From: Cenococcum geophilum
Lineage: Eukaryota
Reading direction: 5' to 3'
Length of the DNA: 64,000 nt
NCBI GenBank assembly: GCA_050273025.1
Contig: CP158636.1
Coordinates: forward strand, 12,214,001-12,278,000
Positions within the stretch are counted from its first letter, which is position 1, and each line of letters begins with the position of its first letter. The position numbers and the translations under genes were made by a program. Shown in pieces: positions 10,682-24,199 of the stretch. The notes beneath the pieces were generated by a model. It was given only the letters and a program-made list of their open reading frames with translations, was not told the DNA's origin and searched no databases.

Positions 10682-13600
10682 TGTGAGGGGATCTTGTAGA
10701 CAGGGGGCTATAAGGACACGATTGGAACAAGATAGATTGGTGAGAGAGACGAATCCTTGAGGAGGTAAGGCCTCTGGGATCGTGGAGACTATATACTACG
10801 GGCACGTGCCTCCGGCACGTGACCGGCGACCATCCGAGGGGCGTCCGGGGGTTGTCCTGAGGGCAACCCGAGGTGTCCGCAATAATATCCCTTACATTGC
10901 CCCCCCCCTTCTTACAGTTGGCCCCCGATCGCCATTACCTTGCGGTAGGGAGATTATAAGGGCTTATCCCGGAAGAGGTTCGGAGAGATATTAGAGAGGT
11001 ATTAGTATGCCGCTGTATATTATCTATCTATCTAACCCCTGCTTTAAACTCCTAAAAAACCTTGATAAGGGAAAAACGTAACTAAAGAAAAGACGCGAGG
11101 ATTACTAGGAGACCTATTAGAAGTCTACTAGAAGTATGCCGGTGACTACCTAGGCTAATACAGGGATTTTTATACAACTTTGCTTTTAAGCCTTTATACT
11201 AGTCTGCAATTAATTATAAGTATTATAGGTAATTTGGTGTTCCAATATAGTTCTATAGAACCTTTTAGTATAGGATTTAATGTATAGAGCCTTGGCTTGC
11301 CGTCGTCTTTAACTGCTAAGATATGGTCTATAATTCTTTCTTATAATCCTTTTCTTATAATCCTCTACGTCACTAACGCATTGCTCCCGCATTTGCCCTT
11401 AGGCTATTAGATACGGTTAAGGTATTAATTAGTTAGTTAAAGAGACTTGTCTCTTAAGATTTAGTATATATGGTTTTAAATCTGGTAGTCCTATGCCGTA
11501 TATTTAGTATAGCTCTACTACCTAGCAAACAGGGACATTTTGTAATAGCAATTGTAGCTATTATATAATTGTTAAGAACGTTTATAACGTTGTTCTTTAA
11601 TACTATAGTATCGTTTTAGGTCTAATTTAACCTATATACGTCTTTAATTTAACGTCTTAATTACCTTCCCCCGGCTGCGTAGTTAGTTTTTATAAGGAAG
11701 TAATAGTTAAATAACTTATACGCGTGTTTCCTTTCTTCTAAATAGCGCTATTATAACGGAGTTATATCGGCAAGGTTACAGCTATTTACTAAAAGGGTAT
11801 TAGACGGTAAAGTATAAGGACACCTTTACTTATTAAGCAGCTCCTTTTCCTTAACACCTTACTTTCCCATTATTAACCTTCGTCTAATTTTGGACGTATC
11901 TTTGATATATTATTAAGATTTTCTTTTTTTCTATTAATAATTTAATATGCCTCTTTATTCTCCTGCTAACTACTCTTTTAAGTAGATTTTATAGCGTATC
12001 CTAGCCCTACCTTTGTATATAAAACCCTAACCTCCACTAACTCGCAACTAGTGCTAGTCCTACCTAAATAATTTTGCCTATACGTCTTTAAAAAACCAAA
12101 AATCTAATAATAGGATTCTGGAGGCTTATAATAAGACGCACTGCGTTAAATCTAATACCTTTAGTCCTTATAATTAATGTATACATACTAAGAGCGGCAG
12201 TTGCGTTAAGGTAAGCTTTTCTATTCTTAATAGATTTCTATTACTAACTTTAAGCTTTAATAGCCTAGGCCTAAGTGGCGACGTTCCTTTAATATCCTTA
12301 ACTACTACATTGCCTAGGCTCTCTCTTATTCTAGTGTAAATGCTGAACAACTTAGCCGAATTCAAGACTATGCTATGGCCATTTATACTGCCTATAATTT
12401 CTAGCAAGCCAACCAGCAACGCTTAATATAAGAGCAAGGTTGGTATACTAAGGATAGGGTAAGGGATGGGGGTAATAAGAAGAAGGTTGCTATCTACTAT
12501 AGAAAGGAGTTCGCGCATATGCGTTAAGTTTTGAAAGAGCATAATATAATGCGTTATTAGGTAGGTTACCCTTTAGATACCTACTAGATAGGTAACTAAC
12601 AGTTACCGTAGTAAGGTCTTAGTGGTTCTAGACTATACTAGCCAGCTAACGTCTCTATTTATTCTAGGCTTAAGCGTATCTTTATTAACTATAAGCTTAT
12701 ACCGCAAGAGCTTTGTTAATATTGGTTTGGACCTAATATTAGTATTAAGTATTTAAGAGTCTCTGCTCTAGCTACACCTTATTGTCCTACCCCTATTTTT
12801 ATGCCTACTTATATGCCTACTAAGGCATCTAGATTCTATTCTCGTTAGCTATTACTTAGTGGCCTAATGGATACTAATCCTACTCCTAATAATAAGGCGT
12901 AGTGGCTTTTTAGATTAGGTATTTGTGGTTTAGACTTTTAGGATTCATTTTTATATATAGTAGTAATTAAGGACCTTAATTAGGTGCTTAGGAAGGCCTT
13001 ATAAGGCTTTTAAAAAGGGCTTAGAAGCCCTAGGAATAATATTCCTAGTATAGATTAATAAATGGGAATGCAATTCTAGTAAAATGCCCTATTAACTCTA
13101 TGCTATGTACGTAAAAAGGCTAAGGACCCGTCCTGCCTTAAGCTATAGCTTTATCCCTATGGTTTCCAGAGCCTATCCGTTCTATATCCAATTTAACCTA
13201 TTTACTCTTTTTACGAGCTTTCTTCATAGGTCGCAATAACACCGTAGTATTAGAGCGCTTTTTATAACTTGTAGATTATAGACCTTAGTCCCAATATTCT
13301 TTTAGAATATCTTTGTAATAATTAAGGTAATCCTCTAGTTCCTATATAGAGTCCTTAGCGGGCTAGCCTAGCTATTTAACTTCAAATTAAAGCTTATTTT
13401 TAATAGACTTATAGCGTAGTATAGCTTTAACCTTGTACCGCTCGCCCACCACTTTAGGGTGTTCAATTGGACCTAGACGGAAGTTCTTTTCTAGTAGTAG
13501 TCTATGCCATGGCTCTAGTAGGTTTACGTAAAATACTAAATATATATAGGCTATAAATAGGGGTAGCTGGAGATAATAGGCTAGCTTACTAATTTGTTCC

Positions 13601-16600
13601 TTAACTTAAAAGGGACCTAGGTATCTTATATTAAGCTTCTTTAATAGTTAACGGGTTTTAATATTTGTTAAACGTAATAAAACCTTATCGCCTACTCTAA
13701 AATGCTTATCCTAGTGCTTGCGGTTATACTAAAGTCTCTACTACTCTTAGGTATCTTATAGGCTCTACTTTATATACTTTTATTACTTCTTCTATTCCTA
13801 GAGGTATCCTTATACTCTCTAGTAGATATCCTTAGACTTTCCGGTAGGATCCTATAACTAATTATACGGCCTTAGCTAGTAATTATTGGGTATACTATTA
13901 AACCTAAATAGTTAAACGCTATAGGTAATCTGGATTGGTGCATACTTATATAATACATATTGCTTTAAATTGTAAGCGTACTCCGCGTATAGAAGTAGCT
14001 TATACTAGTTATCTTGCTAGTAGTTTAAATACATCTATAGGTAAGACTCTAGTTCCTAGTTCTAGCGTTCTATTTGCCTATCTATCTATAGGTAGAAAGC
14101 CGTACTATACTAGTGGTCTATCTTTAAATAGAAGTATAGATCTAACCAGTACTAACTTATAAAGACGCTACCCCTATTAGTGATAATAGAGTGCGGCTAA
14201 TCTACTTTAAGAAAGCATTTCTCCTTAATTAGGTTAGTAAGCTCTTATACGTTAATCGTCTTATTAATAGGAAGGTATTAGACGTACTTTAAAAACCTAT
14301 TAATAAGTATAAGGACCAAATCGTATATTCGTCCTTAGCTATCTTTAGATAGCGGGAGATCCGTAATAAAGTCTATAGCGTAATATTGCTATAGCTTACT
14401 AGCGGGGGGAACTAATTTAAGTAGACCCTATGGCTTGTGCCTACGGATCTTATATACTTAACACTTCTCGCAATAGCTAATGTACTCCTTTACTTCCTAA
14501 TTAAGCCTTAGCCAATAGTATTTACGCTAAAATAATTCCACTATCTTTACTTAACTATAATGGCCGCCTAGAGGATTATTATAATTCTTTATAAGAATTT
14601 TCTGTCGTAGATTTACTTCTTGTAGCACCTAAACCTTACCACCTCTATATAGTAGGCCCATTAGGTCTAGTTCCTAATAGTGGCGCCTAGTAGCTTCCTT
14701 TCCGTCACATTTCCGGTCTACTTCTATATTAAGAATGGTATAGGAAGCGTCCCTCCATTACACCTCATAGATAAGATCTATTAACCCTTTAGATGGTTCC
14801 TAGGTAAAAGCTATTTCATCCCGTACTGCTCTAAGTATAAGACTAAATAGTACTATAGATCTTATAACTCTTTAATACGCGTATATTAGGAAGGCCGCTA
14901 CGAGGTTAAAGTCCTTTGGTTATTATAGGGCTCTAAGTTCCGATTGCTTTATAGCTTTGCTATTTGTTTAAGGGGATAGCTTAGTAATTAGAGATAGTAT
15001 ATTACTAGGTTCTAAGAATATATTAGGGATATCTTGTCTAGGTATATTTAGACCCTTATTAGTAACAGACCGGGTACTAGCCAGAACGTTAGTAGAAACT
15101 AATAGGGCTTATACCACCTAAGACTCGGTGTATAGAGCTATGGGTGTTTAAGTATCTTATACCTAGAGCTTGTTCTATAATATAGGGAGTAAGATATCTA
15201 TTATCTATTTTCCTTCTCCTATTTTAAAGCCTTTGGTATAGTCTAGCCGTCATAACAGTCTATTAGTAGGGTTGTTTTCCCCTAGCTTATATTTAATCTT
15301 AAAATTAAATCGCGCGAGCTCCTCTGCCTATTTAGCTTATTAAGGTGTAAGCTCCTTTATAGTTATAAAGTAGCGTAGATTATAGTAATCTAAGAGTATA
15401 TGAGTGGTATAGCTCGCGTACTTAAGGTAGTATTGCCACTGTTTAAAGCAGTTAACTATAGCTAGTAGTTCCTTATCGTGGGTATAATACCTAACTTTAG
15501 GTCCCTAGAATTTTCTACTATAAAATATTACTAGTCTTTAATAGAGCTAGGTAGCGTCCGGATGCCTATCGGGTTATAATAGGATACCAGTAAGGGCAAA
15601 ATTTAATACATTAGTGATTATTATTAATGGCTAATCTAGGTTAAAATGCCGCAGTAATAGAGCTTCTATAAACTTTACGCGAAGTTCCTAAAAGGCCTCC
15701 TAAACCTTTCTAGGCTATAACTATAGCTTATACTATTTAGTTAGTCCCTTTTTAATTTTCTTCCTTACCGCCTTTAAGCTTTTTACTCCTTAGGTTAGGT
15801 TTTAGGAAGCTTCTACAATATAGTTAGATAGGTATTAGGTAATATCTAAGTAGTTATAGATAAAGCGCCTATAGAAATTAGCAAAGCCTAGGAATACTTA
15901 AATATCCTAGTAGCTCTTTAGCTCTGGCTACTCCTAGATTGTCTATACCTATACTAGGTCTATAACTACACCTATAGGCGTTACGATATAACCTAGAAAC
16001 TTAACCTACTTAGTATTAAAGATATACTTTAACGCCTTAGCGTAGAGGCCCTAATTATCTAAACGTTCCAGCACTTCGCGGACGTGTTATTTGTGTTAAT
16101 CCTTATCTTCCAAGTAGATCAAGATGTTATCTAAATAGATAACGTATATGCGGTCGACTAGTCCCCCTAAGGCTCTATAAATATATAATTAGAATATCGT
16201 AGGCGTATTAGCTAGCCTAAAAGGTATTACCAGATACTTAAAGTGGCCGTATTAGGTCTTAAAAGCGGTCTTCTACTTATCCCCTTCTTTAATACGGAGC
16301 CTATAGTAGGCGTCTTATAGATCTAGCTTTATAAAGATCTTCGCCCTAGATAGTTAATCCAGCATTTCACTAACTAGTGGTAGTAGGTAACGGTTTTTAA
16401 TTATAATCTTATTAAGACCGCGATAGTCTATATATAGCCTTATAGTTCTATCTAGTTTTAGGATAAAGAGGATTGGTGCGCCTAACAGTAACTTACTAGG
16501 CCGGATTCACCCCTTTTCTAGTAACCTATTAAGGTACTCCTATAGGATCTTAAGCTCTTTACGCAAGAGGTTATAGATAGGAAGGTTCGGCGGTTATTTA

Positions 16601-19600
16601 CCTTCTTCTAGATTAATTATATAATTATACTCCGAGTTCTATAGTAGGACTTTTACTCTCCTACCCAAAAATACCCTTAGTAAGTCCCTTAGGCCTACTA
16701 GGATATTTAACAAATCGGGGTTATATTTATCCTCTATATTATTATTAGGTAGGTCCCAGAGCTCCCTTAGGATACTTATAGGCAGCGTTATGCGCTATAG
16801 TAGTTGCTTATATATAGTTGCCACCATACATTAAACCGTTTTATGCGGTAGCCAGTAAAGGGTAGGGAACTCCTTAACGCAGTATTCGAGGTGCCGTAGT
16901 ATACTCTCCGTATATTGCTTAAGCCAGAGTAATCCATAGCGGTTAAAGTATCTCATAAGATCCTTAAGATCGCCGCCTCCCTATAATATCTCCGTAACCT
17001 ATCCGGCAGTTCCCCATAGGGTCTTTATTATAGAGGGGTTATTACCTATACTAGGCTCTATACCCATCTTGCTACTAAATAGGGGTTAGATTTAATACTC
17101 CTTTGGGTATAAAGCGTATACTATTTCGCCTAGGGCTATATTCTCTAGGATGTCCTTTAGGCTTATTAGTAATATACGCCCTTTTAAATCTTTATCGTTC
17201 TACTATTTAAAGGCTCTAGTCTTAAAGTGTATCTTAGGATCTACTTTTGCTAGCTAAGGGTATCTAAGGATAAGGTTATAACCTATAAAGTTAGCTACCC
17301 AGAAGGGTTACGGGCCAACTACCTTGGTGTAGTTATATATATTGGCTACTAACACTATAAGCTTATAGGCACTATATAGTTTAATCCAATGCTTATCTAG
17401 GAAGCCTATAATAGGTTTCCGCCACCTTTATAATAGGATAAGTTTATACTCTTTTACCAAATTATATTATATAAGATTGATTTCGGCGCCGCTATTATAT
17501 AGTGCTTAGAACTATCATACCTTACCTATAGGGAGTGTTATTTCCAGCTTAACAGTAATATAGAAAGTCTCTCCTTTTATATCTTACCCTAGTTGCAGCT
17601 AGGAGAGGTCCGCAACTAAAGCTTTTCTTTTTTTAGATTGTTAGTGCAGTTATCGCCCTATTTGTTTTTCTAATAAAATCTACCTCCGGAGTTTTCTCTT
17701 AACTTCTTAGAGTGTTCCCGTAAAGGTGCCAGACGGGTATTAGGTTAGCCCTAGGAGTCTTTCCTATTATTTAAGGTTCCTAACTTTAACCCTTCTAAAG
17801 TTCTCTTTAAGAACGGCTTCTTTGAAGGTTAGGTCTGCCCTATATTACTACTAGAGTGCCCACGCTTCTAGTAACCCCCTAGCTTCCTACCAAAAGAGGT
17901 CTGGTTCCTTACCGCATCCTCAGCATTTAGAACCGCTCGTTCGAAATCCGTATATACGGTAATCCGCGGTAGGACTCCTACACTCTTTATTTTATCACGA
18001 ATTGCTAGCTTAATTCTAGCCTAGATAAATCCGATCTTCTTCTTCTTATAGACGCTACCGTCCTTGTTTTTAAAGGGCTCTAGATCTATCTATTAAGCAT
18101 AAGTTTCCACGAAGTTTATAAACTGGCGGAAGTCTTAATAGTTTAGCTGCGTACCATTCCAGAATTGTTCTATATTATCGTATTATATAATATACAGATC
18201 TTAGGTCTAACCCTTTAAAAAGGTCTATAGCTATAGCCATGTTATAATTTGCTCTTTATTAAGTTAATTAAGCGCAATCTAGTTTAGTAATTGGTTTTTA
18301 ATCTTACTAATAATCCAGCGTATACGCTCTTTGGTATTATCTCATATTATTAGCATTTTAAAGAAGTTATCTACCTTGCGAACCCAATCGTCCAGCTATT
18401 AGGCGTTGGGTCTATAACGAAGTTCTAGACTATTAGAGGCCTTAGCCAGTCAGTCTATATCCTTTTTCTATTTATTACGTAGGTGCCTCTCTAAGTCTTC
18501 TATACCTCCTTAGGTAGGTACTAGGTAGCCCCTAGGAAGCCCTTAACCTTAACTAGGTTATAAAAGAATTTATCTAGCTTAGATTAGACCCTACTAGATT
18601 TAGATTTGCCCTTAAAGGGTTCTAATATATTTATTAGTGGCTTCCTCCTATATAGCTTCCGAGAGCCTTATAACAGCTTCCTAATATCCGTCTTAAAGGA
18701 GATTAGTATAGGGCTCTTAACCTTCCGAACTCGGGCCTAGGGAGGCTCCTGCTATAGAGGTAGTATTAGTACTAGTAGCTAGTATAGGCTTCCTAACGGG
18801 GCTCGGGTCTTAAGTTAGTAATTAGCTTAGATTACCTAAAGGGGTAGGCCCGCTTAGCTTATAAGTAGTCTATATACCGCTACTATGCTAATTATGGGCC
18901 GGTGGTCTTCCGGGAGGGTTCCGGTTGGTTCCCTAGTCGGATATATTAATATATTCCTCTAGCATTTTTGGCTTAGAGGAAGATCTTAGAGTTACCTCTA
19001 GCGCTTAATCTTCTAATTGGCCTAGGTGGGGCCGGAGGGGTTCTGGCTACTTTCTAGCAGTATTATAACCGTTATAGAGGGTATCTGTATTTTCCTTAGC
19101 GTTACTAGTAACTGTAGGTGTGCAAGAGTCTTTAAGCTCCTAGAGCATCTAGGTATTAGGGCTCGTTCAGCCGTCTTACCTAGAGGGTTATATTGTCGCA
19201 ATCTCTTGCTATTAGAGGGACCTTCCTACCTTTGCGTGACGGCTTTCCATAAGGTATCCGTGGAGTTTCCGTTTAAGTTATCGCAAGATTTTAAGGGAGG
19301 ATAGTAGTTATAAACAAATAATATAAATAAACAATCTAGTCCTTAAAGCCGACTACCCTTCTAAAAAAGAGTAGAAAGGATTTAAATGTAAGGGGATCTT
19401 ATAGACAGGGGGCTATAAGGACACGATTAGAATAAGATAGATTGGTAAGAGAGACGAATCCTTAAGGAGGTAAGGCCTCTAGGATCGTGGAGACTATATA
19501 CTACGGGCACGTGCCTCCGGCACGTGACTAGCGACTATCTGAGGGGCGTCCGGGGGTTGTCCTGAGGGCAACCTGAGGTGTCCGCAATAATATCCCTTAC

Positions 19601-19601
19601 A
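10682..19601 (-). mobile_element. Ty3/Gypsy chromoviral LTR retrotransposon A (8.9 kb), RIP-degraded
   Basis: 215-bp LTRs 10682-10896 and 19387-19601 (TG..CA). TSD CCCAA. Polypurine tract (PPT) next to the left LTR. On the minus strand: gag, PR (ALYNSGAEINL ~17500), RT (YLDNILIY ~16130), RNase H, integrase, chromodomain (~13440-13300). Confidence 0.95.
11947..12740 (+). pseudogene. Spliced accessory gene inside Gypsy A, antisense to gag-pol, Cys6 zinc-cluster-like
   Basis: ATG 11947. Intron 12211-12254 (GTAAGC..TACTAAC..AAG) joins in phase 0. Possible second intron ~12561-12611. Cys pattern Cx2Cx26Cx8Cx2Cx7C (4 Cys intact, 2 restored by G>A reversal). All stops are TAA/TAG. Confidence 0.6.
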
Positions 19602-19619
19602 CCCAAATTTACCTAATAT

Positions 19620-22070
19620 AGTATTTAAATATAGCTAAATTCGTCTTGCGCACCCATAGAGGGTCAAAAAGGTAGAACGTTTAGTAGTAACGTTAGTAGT
19701 AAGGTTAGAAAGAAGGCATTGGTAAGGGCTCCGGAGGCTCTATTTTTATATTAGATTTAATTAAATACAAAGCTCCGTTAAATATATCTTACTAAGCTGG
19801 CTTTTCTACCTCTATAGTTGGCTTATAGCTAGTAAGATTAATATCCAAGCTTGTTAACTAAGGTGTAGTTAAACCTCTATTAGAGTTAATACAGTCAATT
19901 AAACTACTTAATAAAAGGCCTTTAATTAACTACCATTTTTGACATTAATCTGCTTTAATTATGTCGGCTAATAGTTAATTACACTTATTAGTAATAATCC
20001 TTTTAGCTTAGCTAAAGGCTTATTTATATATAGAGCTTATCGCTAGTATAGAGAATAGATTAAGGGCAATCTTGGCAAGTGTTAGATAAAGGATTTAACC
20101 GATTTTAAGCCACTAGTTAAGAGGATTAGGAATAACGTTATTCCGCTTATTACCGTTATTAAAGCGGATCTTAATAAGCTTAAGGCCTGCGTTATAGTAG
20201 CGGTTAAGCTTACTAGTAAGCTTAATACGCTTTTAATTACGCTTTAAGGAAGTAAGGCTCTTATCTACAACTAAGGACTGTATATATTTATTAGCTAAAT
20301 TATTATTAGATTTATAAGGAACCTTTCTATATTGTAGCTTAGCTAGTTCCTTATCTTTCTTATCTACTTACTTATTAATATAGTTATTAAATAAAGTCTC
20401 TATATACCGCTTAGCATACTTTTACTACAGGGGCTACCATTTCCACTTATTGCGAAAGTAGGCGCGTTTAAAAGACGGATAAAGGATTACTACAGTAAAA
20501 TAATAAGGGCTCTCGGTCTTTATTTTATTAAAATATTTATTAATCTTTTAGATAGCTATATTAACGCCTAATTTAAGGAAGGAGTTATATTTATTCTTAA
20601 GGCTCTGCTAAGTTCGCTAGAGAATTTAATAGAGTAGCTCTATATTAGTAATCGACTCCTATAGAGCGCCATATAAGCCCTTAACACTAGGACTATTAGC
20701 GTCGCCTTTTATACACTTAGTGGCTGATATAAAAGGCTTTAGGATCTTAATAAGCTGCTCTACTTACTACTAATTTTTATTAGTAAGCGCGTGCTACGAT
20801 AGATTATAGCTATTATTAGCGGGCTTCCTCTAAGCTAGTAGATATTTATTAATTGCTTTATAAAGAAGGTAGGCACAGCAGAGTATAAAGTAGGTTAAAT
20901 TCTACTAAATGCCTCCGTCCTTAATAAGTAGAAGCTCTACTTAATTAAAGAGCTCGTCTTTAACGTAGGCCTTAGCCTAGTTCTTAGCAAAGTCCTTACG
21001 GCGTCTTATTAATTGCATAATATATTTAATAATATTATAAACCTTGCCTATAGAGCCTCTCTGCCACATAAGATTAAATTTAACGTGCTTATTTACGCTA
21101 ATTATTAAGCGTTCAAGCTTGCTTACGCCTTTACCATATATTAAAGCCTTAATAATAAGGTTAATAATATAGCTAACGCACTAAAGCCGTTCCTTTTTAG
21201 CCACTAATAGGCTTTATAAGAGGTAGTTATAGAGCTTATTATTATTGCTAGCGTTATTGGCCATTAAGGAGCCAAGCTTATAATTAAATTAATACTTTTA
21301 AATTATTAACGGTAGGGCCATTGCTATATTTTTAGTAGAGTATAATCCTTATAGTTATAAAAGGCCTAAAAGTACTAATTAAAGCTTTCCACCTTTGTTA
21401 ATAAAATAGGCCACTATACTAAGTAGTGATATTCCGTTTATAGATGTCTAGATATTATAGGTAAGATTAATTTTACTAAGTGCGGTAAGGAAGAGGTCTT
21501 TAATATTAACGCGTCGCTGTTTAAATGCGGTCTTAATTTAATCGCTTAGTAATATAAGCGCCTTTATATAACAGTTCTAAATCTAAGGACGGTTAAAGGT
21601 TAGCAGAGCACGCGTATAAGGACTTATAGCTTAACAGAAGGTAATGTCTTATAAAATTATCTAATTAATATAGGCTTAAATATAGCTAGCTGCCTAAAAC
21701 GGCTGGCGTTTATAATTGCTAGCGGAAGTAAAAGCTTTTGTACTTAGTAGTTATATTCTATTACTATAACTTTTAGGGTTAATAATAAGGTTATGCTTTA
21801 ACTTTAAATGGCCGTTAATATAATTATTGCCGTTAATTATAAGTAAAGCACCTAGTCTTTAAGCTAGATAGTAAAGCTTATATAGCCAGAGCCTCTTTTT
21901 ACCCAAAAAACCGTCCTAAAAAGGTCTACTCTATGCTTCTATATTAGTAATATAGGAGCTTTACTTAATAGTAACCGCTTATTAATAACCCGGTATCCGT
22001 ATTTGCTAGTAAGCTTGCCATATATTATTAGGTAGAGATTATCCTAATTAATAGAAAAGATACAGCCATA
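19620..22070 (-). pseudogene. hAT transposase relic
   Basis: RIP-scarred motifs: BED-finger-like WLYKLY..HLKLKH, I*TSING..SIVAYF, MANNASNN, RL*CVSYIINL, and the dimerisation domain YLTLAKIALNLFSILAISS..AFS*AK. Confidence 0.85.
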
Positions 22071-24199
22071 GTTCCAATTTACTAGAGGAGGCTCTTATAA
22101 TGCGGAATTTTAATCGCCTAATTCGGTATTATTATTAATTAAAAGGGGGGAGGAAGTAGTTAATCTATAAACCCTACGCGGTGCAAAAGGAGTTAAATAA
22201 CGTGTAGATTGTGAATTAAATAAGGAAAAAGTAGAGGAGGAAGTAGATAAAGAAGCTCTACTGCCTAGCTAACGCGTAAAATATAATATACGTTACATTT
22301 TATATAGGTAATAAAATGGTAAGCTTTAGCACGGGTTTCGGCGCGCAATGGAGATATTAGGGAAAATGCTTTATTTACTATGGCTAAGCGAGAGATTCCT
22401 ATAGGTTTCCTATTGCTTAGCGTATAATTAACTAACCAGATTATCTAAATATCCTTAACTTCTACTAAAAGCTTTAACTTACCACTAAATCTTACCGCTA
22501 AAACAGCGAGCTATTAGCTAGCTGCAGTCTTATAGCTGACTGACTATTATAACGCAGTCAGCTAGCTAACTGCTTACATTAGTAGCCTCTTAGCAGCGAA
22601 GCTAACAGCGTCGCTGACTCTTAGACACACTGGCTAGAGATAAACTACATATGGATAGATTCCCTCTGTATTGTGCAGGATGACTTATAGGACTGGCAGA
22701 CCGAATCAGCAGAAATGGCAAGCGTCTATCGCGACTCGCTTCTTAAAATTGCAGCAACGGCATCTCCAGATGGGGGAAAGGGGTGCTTCTTTGAGCGTCT
22801 ATCGGACGGATCTATCCAAGTACATTATAATGAGACCACACTAAAAGAAACTAATGCGGGCTGCCCATTGTCAAACCAGCTGACCCGTTTATCATTGTTG
22901 GCTCGACCGGATAGTTTTTATGATAGATCCGCAACGTTTTATGCGTGTCCTGGCGTTACTTATCTCATTGATCCGTTACGCAAGTCCCCTCTTAACCGGC
23001 GCGGTTGGGTTGTCCAAGAACGTTTGCTAGCTCGACGAATAATTCATTTCGCCGAAGACCAGCTCTTTTGGGAGTGTCAAACGCAGTTTCTATCCGAGGG
23101 AGGTACCTACAATCGGGTGATAGCGGAAGGCGTATATGATCGGTTAACGCAGAATCTTCGCGCTCTCGAATGCTACGGTCCAGAACCTCATCGCCAACAT
23201 CCAGCTTTTATGTGGAACACATCAGTCATCGGACGCTGGTTAAACTTGGTGATGCAATTTTCTCAAAAGCAATTGACTCAAGAAATGGACGTCTTTCCTG
23301 CCCTGGCCGGTGTTGCTAGTGTCGTGCAGCAGAGAAACGGGGATGAGTTCCTTGCAGGGCTGTGGAAAAGCACATTGCATCTTGAACTACTTTGGATTGC
23401 TTTCGATGCACCTCATCATCCACCAGCACAATGGCGAGCACCAAGCTGGTCATGGGCGGCGCTGAATGGAGAGGTCGAGTATTACGATTATCATACCTGG
23501 AAAGGATTCGAGCCCAACGCCGCTATCATTTCCGCTGAAGCAGAGTGGACCGGGGAACCCTTTAGTTCTCCTTTACGACCCAATGCCAGGCTTGTAGTGG
23601 TTGGTCTGCTCGAGCGTGCTACCTGCGACCCCGACCCTGACTTTGATCGCCTGCAAGATATCACGAGTTATCATTTAATTCCAGCAGGAGCAAATCCGGC
23701 GGTGCAGTACAGTTACAGCTGGGCCGTGTTCGACCAGGAACCTCCCCCACCAAACCAGACATTTTGGTGTCTATGCATATGCACTGAGCGGACCGAGGAG
23801 CATTATGTCTTGCTCCTCGACCAGAATGGGCTACAGTTAAATGAGTACAGGCGCATCGGTGCTGGCCGCTTGGATATTGACCCAAAACTGTTTGGAAGCG
23901 GGCAAAGAGTGACCATTACGCTTGTCTAAACGCGGTAATATCTTGCGGACTGGGAGACGATACATGAGACTATTACGAATCCTCTCTAGGCAATACAGTG
24001 ACTACTAGAGCATCTACTCGCCGGCAGATGTAACTCTTCTGCGCTGGCAAGGATAAGAACTCAGTTCTATTGCGAGAGGCTCTAGAGCCTCATTTAATAC
24101 ACGAATTGGGTGGTCAAGACACCCTTGAACCAAGCTTGATATAGTAGTAATCGACGCCGGGCCGACACGACCGCACTGGGGTTGGAAGTTGGCCTCCTC

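Larger units (their letters stand above)
10449..22632 (-). mobile_element. hAT DNA transposon, about 3.26 kb without its nested Gypsy, RIP-degraded
   Basis: 20-bp TIRs CAGTGTGTC(C/T)AA(C/G)AGTCAGC. 8-bp TSD GCTAGAGA at 10441-10448 and 22633-22640. Subterminal GCTGACTG/CAGTCAGC repeats. Confidence 0.95.
9439..23929 (+). pseudogene. HET-domain (heterokaryon incompatibility, PF06985-type) gene split by a 12.2-kb hAT insertion
   Basis: Exons 9439-9793, 9978-10260, 10318-10448 and 22641-23929. Reading across the TSD gives LPTRVI..YTTLSHCWG..LPKTFRDAIAITRKLE|INYIWIDSLCIVQDD..MASVY..PLNRRGWVVQERLLARR..WRAPSWSWA. Premature stops TAA 10379 and TAG 22688. Confidence 0.93.
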
